A stretch of 64,000 nucleotides of DNA from the human T2T-CHM13v2.0 reference genome, Homo sapiens, in assembly GCF_009914755.1 (NCBI RefSeq), contig NC_060925.1; one strand, 5' to 3'. Shown piece after piece: positions 38,331 through 59,650 of this stretch (position 1 is its first letter; each line of letters begins with the position of its first letter). The notes beneath the pieces are model-generated. The model was not told the DNA's origin and did no database searches. It saw nothing but the letters and a program-made list of their open reading frames with translations. Position numbers and translations under genes: made by a program.

Positions 38331-39238
38331 ATCATCGTTGGTTTTTATTGACCTACTTCTATTTCTAGGGTGTTTTTTTAATGGATATTAGTATATATGT
38401 TAATTTAAATAACATGTATAACTGAGTTACTAGGAAAAATGTTTACTTATATATGGGAAAACAAAATAGTAACAACTAAAAGAAATACAATTATTTTTCA
38501 CTTTAGATCATAAAATTTCTTAAGAGTGGATTTGATTTTGGAAGGGTTGCTGCAGAGAAAGCTGCCTTGTTTGGATATTACTGATGGTAGGACAGTATTC
38601 TGAGCTTAAAACACTTGTATCCTGTTGCTCTGCATATTTATGGTATAATTAAAGTGGCTTATATTTGCTTTGAAAACCCACTTGAAGGCATTTTATTCTT
38701 AAGGCTTTTTTTTTTATTTTCATCTTTTATTTCTTTTTGGCTTATTGATCCCTCTTCAGTTTCTGTAACTAATTGTAGCAACTGGACTCACAAACGTTGT
38801 TTAATTAGCACTACATTAAGGTTGTAGACTTTCTTATAACCACCTGATGACGTGTGTATTAAACAAACAAACATTTTGAAGTGCATTCTTTATAAGGTAA
38901 GGCTTGGGAGGAAAGCTGCCCACAATTAACCTAGGAATTAAAAAGGTAAGCAGAAACAACTTATTCTGTGGATGTAGTAACAGCTCCTTTTTACTCCAGA
39001 TATTACCCAAAGCTTACTTGTAAACATAGTTTTCTGGGACAAGAATATTGAGATCTGTAAATTCATCTTCAGACCTTAGCTGACTTAGCTATGACATATA
39101 TAATGATGCATGTATAAGATGTGCTTACTGATTTCTGTGGAAAAAATACAAGCTTTGTTTGCTTCTAAATTATATTTTCTTCTATTCTTAATTTTGCCAA
39201 AAGTTTAAAAACTAAGATAAGATAAACATTTTGCCATA

Positions 39239-39345
39239 CAGTTGACCCTTGAACAACATGAGTTTGAACTGAGCAGACCCACTTTATACACAGTTTTTTC
39301 AGTAAGTACAATAGACCCTGCAAATCAGCGGGTTTGGCATAACCA
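39239..39345 (+). mobile_element. Tigger2/3-type DNA transposon terminal fragment
   Basis: TA then cagttgacccttgaacaacatgagtttgaactg, a TIR-like start. Confidence 0.65.
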
Positions 39346-39974
39346 AATATGACATAACCAAATATTCCAGACTCACTTTCTTCTTTCCCTATCTCTGACC
39401 TGGAACCAGCTGTTTTCTGTGAAGCCTTGGGTTTATATTAATGGGGAATGTTATTTAGAAACCATGATCTGGGGATAGATGTATTTATTGCTGCTGTTTT
39501 AGTGTTACTGCTAGGCCCTTAACTCATGACAATGCCAGGAGAAATATGTAATCATGAGTTCTTACTGATATCTCCATAGGATTCTTCCATATTTGAATCT
39601 TAAAATGAGCATCTGCCCCAGGGCCCCTTCCCAGAGGTACGCATTCCCAGCACAATGCAGTTCTTGGCTAGGGTCAAGTTGTATTGCCTCCTGTGCCTGC
39701 CTTAATCTGGCTCTGCTGGCTGAGATCCATGTCTATCTGGATTCACCAGCAGCACTCACCATCCATGCTCTAATTAGAGTCCCATCTGCATTTCCACATT
39801 GTAGTTTTGTGCATTTTTCAGTATGGCAACCTCCAGCCATGTTGATGAGTCTGCCTGGGCAGTCCTCATTGCCTCCTGGTTATAAAGTTGTGTGACTTTT
39901 GAGTGATTCATCCTAACCCTATTCTTGACATAAACCATGTTATTTTTACAGCATGAAATGCCTTGTACTATTAT

Positions 39975-40110
39975 TGTCACTCCATTTTATAGTTGAGGTA
40001 TTGAAGCACAGAGAAGTTAAGGAATTTGCCAAAGATCACCTAGTTAGTAAGTGGCAGAGTTGGGATTAAACCTAGGTACTCTGCTTAAATGGTCTTTGCT
40101 AACCTATGCT
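39975..40110 (+). mobile_element. MIR
   Basis: ccattttatagttgagg..ttgaagcacagagaagttaaggaatttgccaaagatcac. Confidence 0.7.
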
Positions 40111-41269
40111 GCTAGACTATAGGATTTATGTGGGGAAGTATTAGAAGACCTGAAAAGAGTGATTATTTTAAGATCTTGAAGAATTTTAATATTATTTAAA
40201 TAATCCTGGACTTGTTGGGTAGGCCCTGGGAAGTCACTGAAGGCTTTTGACTGTAGAGTGATGTGATTGGCAATGTCCTGTAGAAAGGTTAATCACTTGT
40301 AGCTGTGAGGGACTGTGAAAGCAAGATTCCTGATAGTATGCTGTTCTTGGGCTTCTCTCTAGAGATCTAATGAGTCAGCCTCTAAGGTTTGATGCCAGGG
40401 AATTTATGATCTTTTTGATGATCATCCATATTTGGAACGACTGCTCTAAACTGTTTCCTTTGTTTACTATATTGGTTTGACTACTAGTATGCCATTCCTG
40501 TATGTGTCCATCCAGTACAGCCACATTTAAATGCCCTTAATTTGCCATTTGAAGCTACATATAGTCCAGATGAAGTCGATGAGTCTGCTCAGGAGACATA
40601 TCTTTCATCTGTCTGGGCCTTGCGTTTCAATAGATATTTGAGCTATACTCTTTCTTATATATATTAAGTTTGCAATAAAGCTTAATATCAGCTTGTTTTA
40701 ACATTATCTTGGAAACACTTCTTCATTGGGTAGTGTGATTATTACCAAATGTAAGTGACAAGATGTAAACCAGATACTCATCTACTTGTATATAAACAGA
40801 TGAAAGAGAACTCTCAACTACTTCCTTGTCTCTAATATTTGCTTCCTAAAAATTTGGGCAGAATTAAATAGCAGTTAAATCAGTATCATTGTGCTGATAG
40901 TCGCATGCTAGTCATCATACTTTTTTGACTTGCTCTGCCTACTTCATTGACATATCTAACCAGGGAGGTCCAAATAAAATAAAAATAGCAGTTTTGTGCG
41001 ATCAGTTGTTTAAGCATATGTCATATTGTTAAGATTTTGAAACTCTTCAGAGAGGTATTTTGAATCTCATGAAAGTCACCCCTCTTGCCAGGGCTGCCAC
41101 ATGCATAGTTCCACCTGGGTATAGCAGAGTAGCAGTGGCACCTTTGGTCCTGACTATGTTTAATACAGATTGGGTATAACAGCAGTATGTCTGGAACAAC
41201 AATGCCATAATCCTCTTGTAGGTTACTACTTAACTATTTGCTGTTCAATAGTTAAACAAAATTTTTTGT

Positions 41270-41665
41270 GTTAAAAAAAATCAATTGACCATAGACATAT
41301 GGGCTTATTTATGGACTCTGTTCCATTGATCTCTGTTTTTATACCAGTACCGTATTGTGTTGATTATTGTTGCTTTGTAGAAAGTTTTAAAATCAGGAAG
41401 TATAAGTCCTCCTACTTTGTTCCCTTTCACGATTGCTTTGGCTGTGGTGAGTCCCTTGAGCTTTAATATGAATTTTAGGATCAGTTTGTCAGTTTCTATA
41501 AAGAAGCTACCTGGGATTCTGATAGAGATCACATTACTTTGTATACCAATTTAGGAAAGTATTGCCATCCTAGGAGTATGTAGTCTTCCATCCATCAATA
41601 TGGGATGTCTTTCTGTTTATCTTTAATTTCTTTCAACAATGTTTTGTAGTTTTCAGAGCATAAGT
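41270..41665 (-). mobile_element. Ancient L1M ORF2 fragment
   Basis: ORF 41305..41532 translates a diverged L1 ORF2 piece (KLILKF...NKVGGLILPDFKTFYKAT). Confidence 0.85.
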
Positions 41666-46709
<5,044 letters not shown>

Positions 46710-47239
46710 TAAATTATCTGAAGGTTATTAAAGCTTACACCATCTAAATTATATTTAGATGAGTTACCTATAAGCTAAAAGCTAGAGTCAGATGGCAGTA
46801 TCTAAGATGAACTCTTAAGTGTAGGTGGTATCCTTGTTTTCTTTTTCATAATCTCTTTAACTCGTCTTAGTACCTTATTTATTTATTTGTTCTGGGAACC
46901 ACATTTGAGCTTTGAGAGGCAGGAGGACAGTGCTTGATGTGTTGGCAGCTAGTAACCCCTAGTTTAACTGAGTTGAGGACAGTAGTAATACTATGGTGGC
47001 AATAGCAAGATTTTTATCTCTGCAGCCTTATAGTACAACTGTCTTGGTTTAAAACTGGATTTTATTTTAACTAAATTCTGTTTTAAACCAAGATAGTTCT
47101 ATATAAGAATGTCTTTGGATTGGAAGCCTTGGTTTTAGTTTATTCTTGAATTGTCAATATCAGAAGTTTAGAAATAGTAATTCAATGGCAAAGTATTATT
47201 ACATAATAACAAAAGATTTATTGTGAAATACTGGGGCCA

Positions 47240-47375
47240 ACATGGAGGAATGGCAAGTATACGAGCTTTGACCATAGACAGACCAGGATTTTGAATCCTA
47301 GTTCTAACTCTTACTAACTCTGTGACCAAATGTAGATACTCATCCTGAGATTTCCTCATTGATAAAATGACATAT
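47240..47375 (-). mobile_element. MIR
   Basis: tttgaatcctagttctaactcttactaactctgtgacc...ttcctcattgataaaatg. Confidence 0.65.
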
Positions 47376-48174
47376 CATCTCAGCGGAGTTGCAAGTGGTG
47401 TTTTACTTTTATCTCCATGTAAATTAAAGATAAATGAAACTTATGAAAAAGTGTTTATATAGATAAATGATATGTAAAATATTTTCTAAGTTGGAATAAC
47501 TTTGAAAAACTATAGAGTTTAATATGAATATGCAGTATGTACCATTTTAGCAGAATAACTAGTACCTCATGTTTGTGATTGATTAAAGTATTTATTTCCT
47601 CTTAAATACCTGTGGGCGTACTTGGGCATAGTAGGCAGTCTAGCCACTTTATTAGTCCAAAAACTAAGTTCATTTTAGGATTTTTTTTTAAGTTCTATGT
47701 CTAAATCTGATACAAGAATAGTAAAAGCCATGCAGTAGTAGATCTTTTATCTTAATTTATGAGGCTAAAAATTTCTTATAACACTGAAACCCTTTCCTTT
47801 CTTTAATAGGTTTAACCTTCATTTCTAATACATAAATGTAATTTATTTTTGCTTAGACTCCACTGGTTGGAGATGATAAAAATATAACCCTTGTAACACA
47901 GATATAGAACCTAATGGTGGCCTTTGGATGATACTTCAGCTCTCACCCAGTAAAGTCCCTGGGATTCCACATTCCCCAAATCCTTTTCTTTTCATTGAAA
48001 TGCCAAGTAGCCCTCCTGCTTTTTCTTCCATAACCAGCCTTCCTGCTGCCGCTCTTAGATGTCATGCTATGCTCTGCCACCTGGTGGTTGCAATGTACAC
48101 TGCTGTTTCTGTTGCTGCCGCAGTTGCCTCCTACAAGGTGCAGAGGTTGGGATTTAAGTCTGCAGGTGTGATGT

Positions 48175-48430
48175 TCAGTGTTGTGGGCTCTGGAGGCAGA
48201 TTTCTAAGTTTGAATCCCTACATCACTGCCTCCTTGCTGTGTAACCTTGGACAGGTTATACAGTTTTCTTATCTGTAAAATAGGTAGAGTAATAGTGCTT
48301 ACCCTCACAGGGTTGTTTCATTAAATTAATACAAATGCTGAGAACATTACATACTGAAAACAGTACATGACAGAAAACAGTAAAATGCCAAAAACAGTAT
48401 GTGACACTTAACAGTGTTAGTTATTGTTAT
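48175..48430 (-). mobile_element. MIR
   Basis: gggctctggaggcaga...tttgaatccc...gctgtgtaaccttggacagg...atctgtaaaatagg. Confidence 0.65.
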
Positions 48431-48785
48431 TATTCTGATCTGAATGCTTTAGGTAAGCAATTAAACGTGTATATTTTATTTGGAGCTATCATAGCTCCAA
48501 ACTGATTGATTTTAGCCTTGAGTTTATTTTTTAATGTTGATCTTTTCTAAATCCATTGTGTATATACTTTCTGTTATACATAATTTTTAATTATCACTAT
48601 CATATTGTAAAGTTAAGTAAAAAAAAAAAATCACACTAAAATGTAAGAGTTCTTAAAGTGAGTGAATATCATATGGAAATAACCACAGCACAGTAGTGGA
48701 ATTTTTAGAAATTTGTTTTTTAATTTGGGAAGTTAATCAGTGAAATGAGCTTTGTTCTGAAAATGTATCCCAATTTTCGAAGTAA

Positions 48786-49224
<439 letters not shown>

Positions 49225-50495
49225 AGATGTTCTGTTTTTCTTGTTTCTTGTCTGTTTCCTTCCTTTTTCATATTTTTATGTATATATATAAAACAGTATT
49301 ATAGTGTGGTATTCTGTTTTTTCCACTCAATTTTATATTGTACACATTTCCCTTATTTTTAAATAGTTTAATATATCATAAATTACTCATTTTGGTTGGA
49401 TATTGTTTTCTTTCTGTTGTATAATATTATAATGGTTATTTTTTATTTATACAGCGTTTTTATCCTCTCTCATGTGTTTATAGAACAAACTGCCAAGAGG
49501 AGTCTTAAGAGTACATGAATGATTTTGTGGCTCTTGAAATATTTTCCCACATTTTAATCCAAAAATGCCATGCTTTTTAATGCTGTTAAACAGGAATTTA
49601 CTTTCACCCATAAAACATTGTCTAGGAACAAAAGTGAAAAAGACAGGATCCCTGCTCTCCAGGGATGGAGTATAACGGAGAGGATACATACAGATGAATG
49701 ACTAAGAGAAAGGCTGCAATATTCTGAGTGTGAAGGAAGAACTGGGATAGTTGGACAGTAGCAGTGTGGAAAATACTTCTTAGAGGAGATTGAATATGAA
49801 AATGCGGTTTTAATTTGAAATAATTATTGATCCTACTTTTTCTTTCTTGCATATTATGTTTGTCATTTCTGAAACATATTTTTTTGCTTTGCAACAAAAT
49901 GACTTAACTCCTGCCAACTGCATGATATGGTAGAAAGAGCACACAGGTTTGGACAAATTGCATAATTGTCTAAACTTCAGTTTCTGCACATATAAAACAT
50001 AAATGATACTTCCTTTAGAGACTTTTGAGGATTATAGAAAGTGTTTTTTATCTATTGTCTCCAGGCTTATTTCAAAAAATATTTGAAATGAAAGAGTTAA
50101 TATACTAATAAAGTATTTAGCACAGTATATGGCACATAAGTTAGACTTAGTAAGTAGGAGCCACTGTTGGTTTTATGATTGCCAGTGTTAAGCATTCTGC
50201 TTCTTACAAAGCGTCAGCTTTCCTATAAATACTGCTCAGTTTTCTAGAAGCTGGAACTGCCACCTCCTAAACGATCAGAATTCACTTCCTCAACCTCCAG
50301 AGTAACCCAGCTCTTGAGTCTTTATAGTAACCAAAAGGCTAGCTTCTTTCTTTCCTTTCCTTTCTTTAGCCCCTGCTAGTTGCCAGATACCACGTTAGAT
50401 GTAGGGAATAGGAAGATAACTGAGATAATATCCTACAACTGTCTATCTAGAGAAATAGAGTCATATGCAGGTGACTGTGCACATGTCAGAGAAAT

Positions 50496-50590
50496 CAGTG
50501 GTTCTCAACCCTGGCTGCTCATTAGCATCACCTGGGGAAGCTGTTTAAAAATACCAGTGCTGATGCCGTACTTTAGATAATTTAGAAATT
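50496..50590 (+). mobile_element. MER5A-like hAT fragment
   Basis: cagtggttctcaaccctggctgctcattagcatcacctgggga. Confidence 0.65.
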
Positions 50591-50949
50591 AATGCAAACA
50601 GAAACAATATTCTGTAGGAACCTGTACTCATTGATAGGTTGAGTGAGTCATTTTGATTGGAAAGAGAACTGGAAAAATCTTCACAATCAGAGTAACATTC
50701 AAACCAACGACAAAACTTAGTCTGTATTGTTAGGAGGACAACAAGCCAGGGCACAAAAGCTTGAAAACTGGTAGCAGATTGGAGAAGGAAATGGTAGATT
50801 CTAAGGCTAGACTAACAAAGCAGCTAATAAGAAAGAAAGAAAGAAACTTTACCTCTTTTAAGGAGTTTAGACTTCGTTATGTAGAAAATGAGGTAGACTT
50901 TATGAGAGAATGATATGATGCAATCTCCGATTTGGAAAAAACAGCCGCT

Positions 50950-51720
50950 AGTTTATAACATTGTCAAAAGTAAATTCCAGATGGAATTAAAGTTATGGAA
51001 AAAATAGAGAATAATATTTCTATATTTTGGGGTTGGAGAAGACCTTTATAAACATGTTATCAACTCCAAAGCCATAAAGGAAAACACTGAGATTAACAGA
51101 TTTTACCAAGTAAATATTTAAAACTCTGCAACAAAAGGTACCCTAAAGTTGAAAGTCTGGAGAAAAACTAGGGGAAAGTATTTGCTACCTCAATGACAGA
51201 AGGTTAAAAAGTACTTAATATATAATGAGCTCTTACAAATCAGTTAAGAATAGGCAAAAGATTTGAGCAGGTAGCTTTCCAAAGAAGAAATGCAAATGGT
51301 TGCTAAAGCACATAAAAGGATGCTCATCTTCAGTGATAATCAGGATTGTAAAGTCAAACAAGAGTGGGGTCTTCTAAACTTTCATGTTGATACAGATTTT
51401 TAAAAGTGAATAATATCTAATGTTGTCAAAAATGTGGAGAAACAGGCAGGCTGATAACGTTGGTGGGAGATAAGTTGGTGTAACCTTTCTAGAGAGTAGA
51501 TTAATGGTTATCTATCAAAACTTAAATTGTGGTTGCCCTTGGACCCAGTGGCCACAACTAAGAATTATCCCTGGAGAAATACAATGTTGTAACATTGTTG
51601 GTAATGCCAAGCAGTGTAAATGTGTACATATTTCATAGGCATTAAACTTTTTTGTAGGAATATATACCAGACTGAAGAAACTGGTGGAGGGAGGGGCACT
51701 TCATATACTACTGTAATGTT
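50950..51720 (+). mobile_element. Ancient L1ME-type ORF2/3' relic
   Basis: aaagccataaaggaaaa, aaagaagaaatgcaaatgg..aaaggatgctca.cttca, ttggtgggagataagttggtgtaaccttt. Confidence 0.65.
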
Positions 51721-51743
51721 TTTTTTAGAACTTCCATATAATT

Positions 51744-51764
51744 GTGTGTGTGTGTGTGTGTGTG

Positions 51765-51803
<39 letters not shown>

Positions 51804-51820
51804 GCCAAATCTATCTATCT
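51744..51820. repeat. Compound microsatellite (TG)n(TATC)n
   Basis: About 11 TG units followed by about 9 TATC units. Confidence 0.95.
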
Positions 51821-52362
51821 GTGCCAAAGGCTAGAAGTCCTGTTCTGGATGAATTAGATGAGGAAGAAGTTGGAGGCAGGAAAACCAGTTAAAGAATTTT
51901 TTACCTTGTTCAAGTGTGAGAAATGTTTGGGTCTGAATTGGAACTGTGACAATCAGAATGAGGAAGAGGGAAGATTTGAAAGATAGAGAATCTATAAACT
52001 TGTACTATGTGGGTGAGAAGAATGAGGAAAGACTGTCAAAGATGGTTCTGAAGTCGGTAAGTTATATTGCTGAGTAAATGACCATGACATTATAAAAAAT
52101 AGGAAAAACAAGAAAAGAAGCATCTTTGGAGTAGAAGATAATGAGTATCTTAAATATAGATCCTCAATAAGTATTTGAACAATAAATTAGTTTGGGTCAG
52201 TTAGCTCATCTTTAGCATGTACAATTTATGCTTTCTTATTAAGGCTGGTCTTCTGTAGTTATTCTGCTGCTTGTTAGGAGATGTCATTAACATTTCAAAA
52301 TATGTAAAAAGCAATTTCTAAATATAATTTTTAAACTATTTGTTCTTGTTTTATATTTTCAG

Positions 52363-52524
52363 AGTGCACATTTGGCCATGATCGATACCCTCATGATGGC
52401 TTATACTGTAGAAATGGTCAGTATAGAAAAAGTAATTGCGTGTGCTCAGCAGTATTCAGCTTTTTTTCAAGCCACAGATCTGCCCTATGATATTGAGGAC
52501 GCTGTCATGTACTGGATAAATAAG
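52363..52524 (+). CDS. CAMSAP2: CAMSAP2 internal coding exon (probably exon 3)
   Basis: Polypyrimidine tract and ttttcag|AGT GCA CAT, donor AAT AAG|gtagga. Translates SAHLAMIDTLMMAYTVEMVSIEKVIACAQQYSAFFQATDLPYDIEDAVMYWINK, in frame with the previous exon. 162 nt, phase 0-0. Not in the ORF track. Confidence 0.95.
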
Positions 52525-52726
52525 GTAGGATTATACTCACTTGAGTAAATCGCATCTCATAGCCAGAAAACGTGAAATTCTAAATTATACATTGCCACTT
52601 CATTACTCTTTTTGTTTCAAATCAAAGTGCAAACTTAAGTTGTAAAATACACTTAAATTTTTTAGTAAAAAAGCTTAAAATGATGAAAATAGTTTTCTGT
52701 ATACTTAGCAATATTTATGATTACTC

Positions 52727-53028
52727 TTTTTTTTTTTTTTTTTTTGAGAAGTAGTCTCGCTCTGTCACCCAGGCTGGAGTGAAGTGGCATGATCTCGGCT
52801 CACTGCAACCTCCGCCCTTCAGGTTCTAGCAATTCTCATGCCTCGGCCTCCCAAGTAGCTGGGATTACAAGCGTTTGCCACCACACCCGGCTAATTTTTG
52901 TGTTTTTAGTGGAGACGAGTTTTCGCCATGTTGGCCAGGCTGGTCTGGAACTCCTGGCCTCACGGTGATCTACCCACCTTGGCCTCCCAAAGTGCTGCAA
53001 TTACAGGCGTGAGCCACCACGCCTGGCC
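52727..53028 (-). mobile_element. Alu (AluS-like)
   Basis: Reverse dimer about 200 nt after the exon; TSD aatatttat(g/a)attactct. Confidence 0.95.
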
Positions 53029-54405
53029 AATATTTATAATTACTCTTAATGATTAATCTGGTTCATACCAGATTATGAAAAAATTCAGAACACTCCTAAT
53101 AGTGAACTATACACAGTGGGTGTTCAGTAAATATTTTTTGAATTCATTTCAAGAATGAAATAATTTTCTTACATTTCCAGTTAGGGGATTCTTAGGTTTG
53201 CTTGACCAAGTTGCACAAGATCCTATTGATTGTGGATTCCTCTTCTTGGAAATTTTTATGGAGCTGTGATTTGTGCTTTGAAGATGCTTAATTTGTCAGC
53301 TTATCACTCCCTTTGCCAATTTGAGTAGTTAATTTGTCTTGATCCACTTTCATTTACAACTGCCAGCCAAAAGAAAATTAAACCTTATCTGAAGACAAGC
53401 ACTAAACGGATTTAAAAGAAGTTATATCTCCAGGTATCCTTTCTTGAAAGCTGGCATGAAGCTCGTAATAAAAAGCTAAATGTAAAAAACACTATTACAG
53501 CTATCTTCATTATCCATAATATCAGTATCATTGTAGAAGGACTGCTTAATACTTTGCCTCTGGAGTTCCTTTATTTCTTCATCTTTAGTAATCTTTCCCT
53601 GACTCCTCCTCAGCTGTAGAAAATCACAGTTACATTCTAGACCTATTCATCTTGAGAAACTATGCAACCTTCACATCCCATTACAGACTTCCCATTCTTG
53701 AACAGTTTCTCCTATCTTCCTAACCCACTTGCTTTAAATAATAATTTTTAAAATGTTGAACCTCATTATGACTTATAAACTATTGAGCCTATTAATTTCT
53801 CACAATCTTATTGGACTTCATATTTGTCCATCTTGAACTTAGATTTTTATAAGTACTCTCAGTTCTTATGTCTCCCCTTCCCTCCCTGTTACTCATTTGG
53901 TAACAGCTCAGATGGTTTAGCTTAGTTACCCATTTTATTTCTAACCTGCATTTGCAGAGGCAAATATTGCTGGAGAAATTTACACAAGGAAGTTGGTTTC
54001 ACTTTAAGTTCATAAGCACAAACTTCCACTGCCAGTCCAACAAATGTGTCCCTAAGTTTGCTTTCCCACGCTTCATGACAACTGTGTTACCCATTTTCCT
54101 CTAATTCTCGGACCTTCTGTAACCCTTTCCCTACTACTGTCAGCTAAATTTGCCTTATCTTTTCTTGAGACCAGAGATGGGAAGGCTTTAGGTGGGAATT
54201 ATCTTCCCTTTATACTAGCAAATCTGTAAACAGTTTTGGATCGCACTCATTGCCTTTCTTTTGTCCTACTGTTACAATGAAGAATTTCCCCCTTCACATC
54301 AAACGTGAGTTTTCTACTACTTGCTCTAGAACTTTCTTCCCTTTTTTGTGGTCATTGGTCCTGTACTTCAGTTCTTACTTTTTAATGTACATAAGAATTA
54401 CCTGG

Positions 54406-55096
<691 letters not shown>

Positions 55097-55268
55097 CCTG
55101 GGAACGTGTTAAAATGGCTGATCTGAATGAGGAGGTGTCTAGGGTGAAGCAGGAGAGTCTGCATTTCTAACAAGCTCCAGGTGATACTAATGCTGCTGGT
55201 TTGGGACCACACTGTTATTTGTTCACTCCCACATTGTCTGACTCTTCCGGTCTATTGGATCATTCTTA

Positions 55269-55976
<708 letters not shown>

Positions 55977-56699
55977 TCAAGAGTTGTTTGCTATTTCGTT
56001 AGCCTGCTCTTCTCTCTCTCTCCCATACCCATTCCTAACCCGAAATTGTTCCTGAGTTGGTCAAAAAGGCAAATCCAATCAATATTTTTCTGTCCTTAAT
56101 TTAAACTCAATCTTTACTTCTAAAGCATGAACCATCTTTTTGAAGTTTCAGTGGAAAACCCAAGGTGTTTACCAAGCCCTCCTCTACTTGGTGGGATTTG
56201 AACAACAAACTCTGTCTCCCCTGTGGTGGCAGTTTCTTTGGCTTCTCAGCAGTTTTTTCTCCCTGCACTTCTTAGAATCTTTCCTACACATGCACAGTCC
56301 AGGGCTCAGCCAAGAGTTGAGGGAAGTTTATATGCAGATTTTGGGCCTCCCCCATTACCCTTCCTAGAATATTCCTCCTCAGTATCCAGCTACTCTAGCA
56401 GTGCCAGATTTCCCTTGATTCCTCCTGCCAACCAGACTACAGTTTTCTCCTTGAGTTCTAGTCACAGTGCACTGTTGAATTGAGGGTAAGGCCATATAAA
56501 CATGGATTTCACTCAGTGTGTTTCTTTCTTTCCAAAGTTGAATTCTTTCTTGCTTCTACTTGCTCTTGGTTGCTCACCAGTACCTCCAACAGATGCTTTA
56601 TATATTTTGTCCAGAGTTTATAATTGCTCTCTGCGGGGATTAGTGTGATGCATGCTATTCCACTATTACCAGAACCAGAATTCTACAAGTATCTTTTTA

Positions 56700-57260
56700 T
56701 AGTGCAGCTTGGATCATGCCATTCTTTTGCTCAAAACTCTTCAGTGACTTCACTTTACCCTTAAAATAAAATGTAAAATTTATCGTGGCCTGCAAGGTAC
56801 CACCTAACCTGACCCTGTGTACTCCATTGTAGGCTCATGGCCACTGTTCCCCTTTCTCACTTCTTTGACTTCCTTCCCGCTATATGCCCTTTCTCACCTC
56901 TGAACCGTTGAACCTCATGTTTCCTATTCCTGGGCAGCTCAGCTCCCAGCTTTCTGCATGGCTTAGTGCTTCTGCTCTCCGTCAGCTTGGATAGCACTTT
57001 TTCCTGACAACCTTATCTAAATGAAGTGCCTCTATCAACCCCTTGTTTTCTATACCCTAACACTCTACTTTTTTTCTTTCATAGCACTTTTCAGACTAAT
57101 TACTTTTCTTAATCATTTAATTTTTTAAAATCTGTCTTCCTCACTAGAATAGTCTATGTGAGGATAGGTACAATGAACTTTTTATTTCTAGTGCCTACGA
57201 TGACCTTCTTCTTTTCAGTTTTAGTATCTAGACCAGCACAGTGTTTGACAAAGAGATTAT
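56700..57260 (+). mobile_element. L2 3' fragment
   Basis: gatcatgccattcttttgctcaaaactcttcagtgactt...tctgtcttcctcactagaat. Confidence 0.6.
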
Positions 57261-58007
57261 ATTTAATAAACACTAAACTAATAAAGAGAAGGATAGTTTA
57301 AGCCATTGAATTAAGCTAGGCACTTTAGAACTTTGGAAATCTACACAAAATTAAGGAAATCACTTAACTAGGAATGTTCAGCACCTTTATGCAGTCATAT
57401 CCACCTCATTCCATTTTCAAATTAGGTTTAAAACAATTTGATTCAACCTGAACTGCAGTGTATTTTTTTTCCTTGATCCATTCTACCAGCCCCAGCATTA
57501 TTTTTTATTCTCGCATTATGACTTTACCCTTGCCTCTCAGATTTAGTATATGTTTTCTCCTTCTGGCTCTTGTTTTGGCTCGTCCTAACCCAGTTGCCTT
57601 TTTTCCTGGATAATGCATCCACAAGTATAAAAAAACCTACCAAAGAAAAATGGCAATAACATGGCTAAAATAATTATCAGCATAGTGGCTAAAATGAGTT
57701 TAAACTTAAAAAAGCAAAATCACAGAAGACAAGATTATATTGAATGATTGAATCATGCAGAGGTACACAAAAATCATGAATATATTAACCTTATATTATT
57801 TGGCTCTACCTCTGTTTCCTATCTCATTTTGTGACTTCTTTGGGTTCACTATGTCATTCTGTTACTTAAACACGCAAGTATTTTTCCTACCACAGGGCTT
57901 TTGCTTATGTTTTTCATTCTCTCTCTGGAATGCTCTTTCCTCTACTTTTCCCATAGCCAGCTTGTTCTCTTTAAGATCTCAGCTTAAAGTTACTTCTTAA
58001 AGAAATT

Positions 58008-58365
58008 GTCTTAGTCTGTTTGGGTTGTTATAACAAAATGCCTTAGCCTAGGTAATTTATAAACAGCAGAAATTCATTGCTCATAGTTCTGAAAGCTGGG
58101 AATTCCCAGATCAAGGTGCCAGCAGATTCAGTTTTTGGTCAGGACTTGCTCTCTGCTTCAGAATGGCAGCTTCTTGTTGTGTCCTCACGTGGCCGAAAGG
58201 GCCACTGTGCTCCTTCAACCCCCTTTATAAAGGAACCAACCCCATATGCAAGGGCAGAGCCTCATGACTTAATCATGCCCCGAAAGGCTACACCTCTTAA
58301 TATTAACACATTGGGGATTAAGTTTCAAATATGAACTCTGGGGGGCAAACATTTAGACCAAAGCG
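58008..58365. mobile_element. MaLR solo LTR (MSTD/MLT1A-type) within L2
   Basis: tgtcttagtctgtttggg..gttataacaaaat...gatcaaggtgccagcagattc...ttggggattaagtttcaa. Confidence 0.8.
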
Positions 58366-58803
58366 AAGGCCTTGTCTGATATAACCATCTTTTCTAAAAT
58401 AGATCTTCCTGCTCCCATTATTTTCTACTCACATTTTAATGTATTTATAGCATTTACAAATGGTTTTTGTTGTTGTTCTATCTCCCCTGCTTCATGAGGA
58501 CAGGAATCACTTTGGCTTTGTAGTCCATTGTATACCTAGCCTCTTAATACAGTATCTGGCACATAACTGGCATTCAGTAGATATCTGTTGAATGTGCACA
58601 TACATGAGTGAATGGTGGTTTAAAATGTTAATTTGTGACCACTTTGCTTTTTGGACAGAATCAGATAAAAACCTCTTTAAAAATGAAGGTATTTCCTCAG
58701 TGGGGAAAAAAATAAAAACAAGGATATTTCCAAACTGGCAGATCAATTACGACTACCTGACAATGAATTAGAAAGTGTTTGTTTTTTAACTTAAAGGGAA
58801 TGA

Positions 58804-59262
<459 letters not shown>

Positions 59263-59265
59263 TTA

Positions 59266-59650
<385 letters not shown>

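Noticed and set aside
39593-39980. 100-aa and 68-aa ORFs in non-repeat-looking sequence
   Set aside because: No recognisable domain or splice and expression signals.
47928-48278. 116-aa ORF
   Set aside because: No homology recognised, and its 3' part lies in a MIR.
53054-53075. Short palindrome taatctggt-tcat-accagatta
   Set aside because: 9-bp AT-rich arms are within chance expectation for 64 kb.
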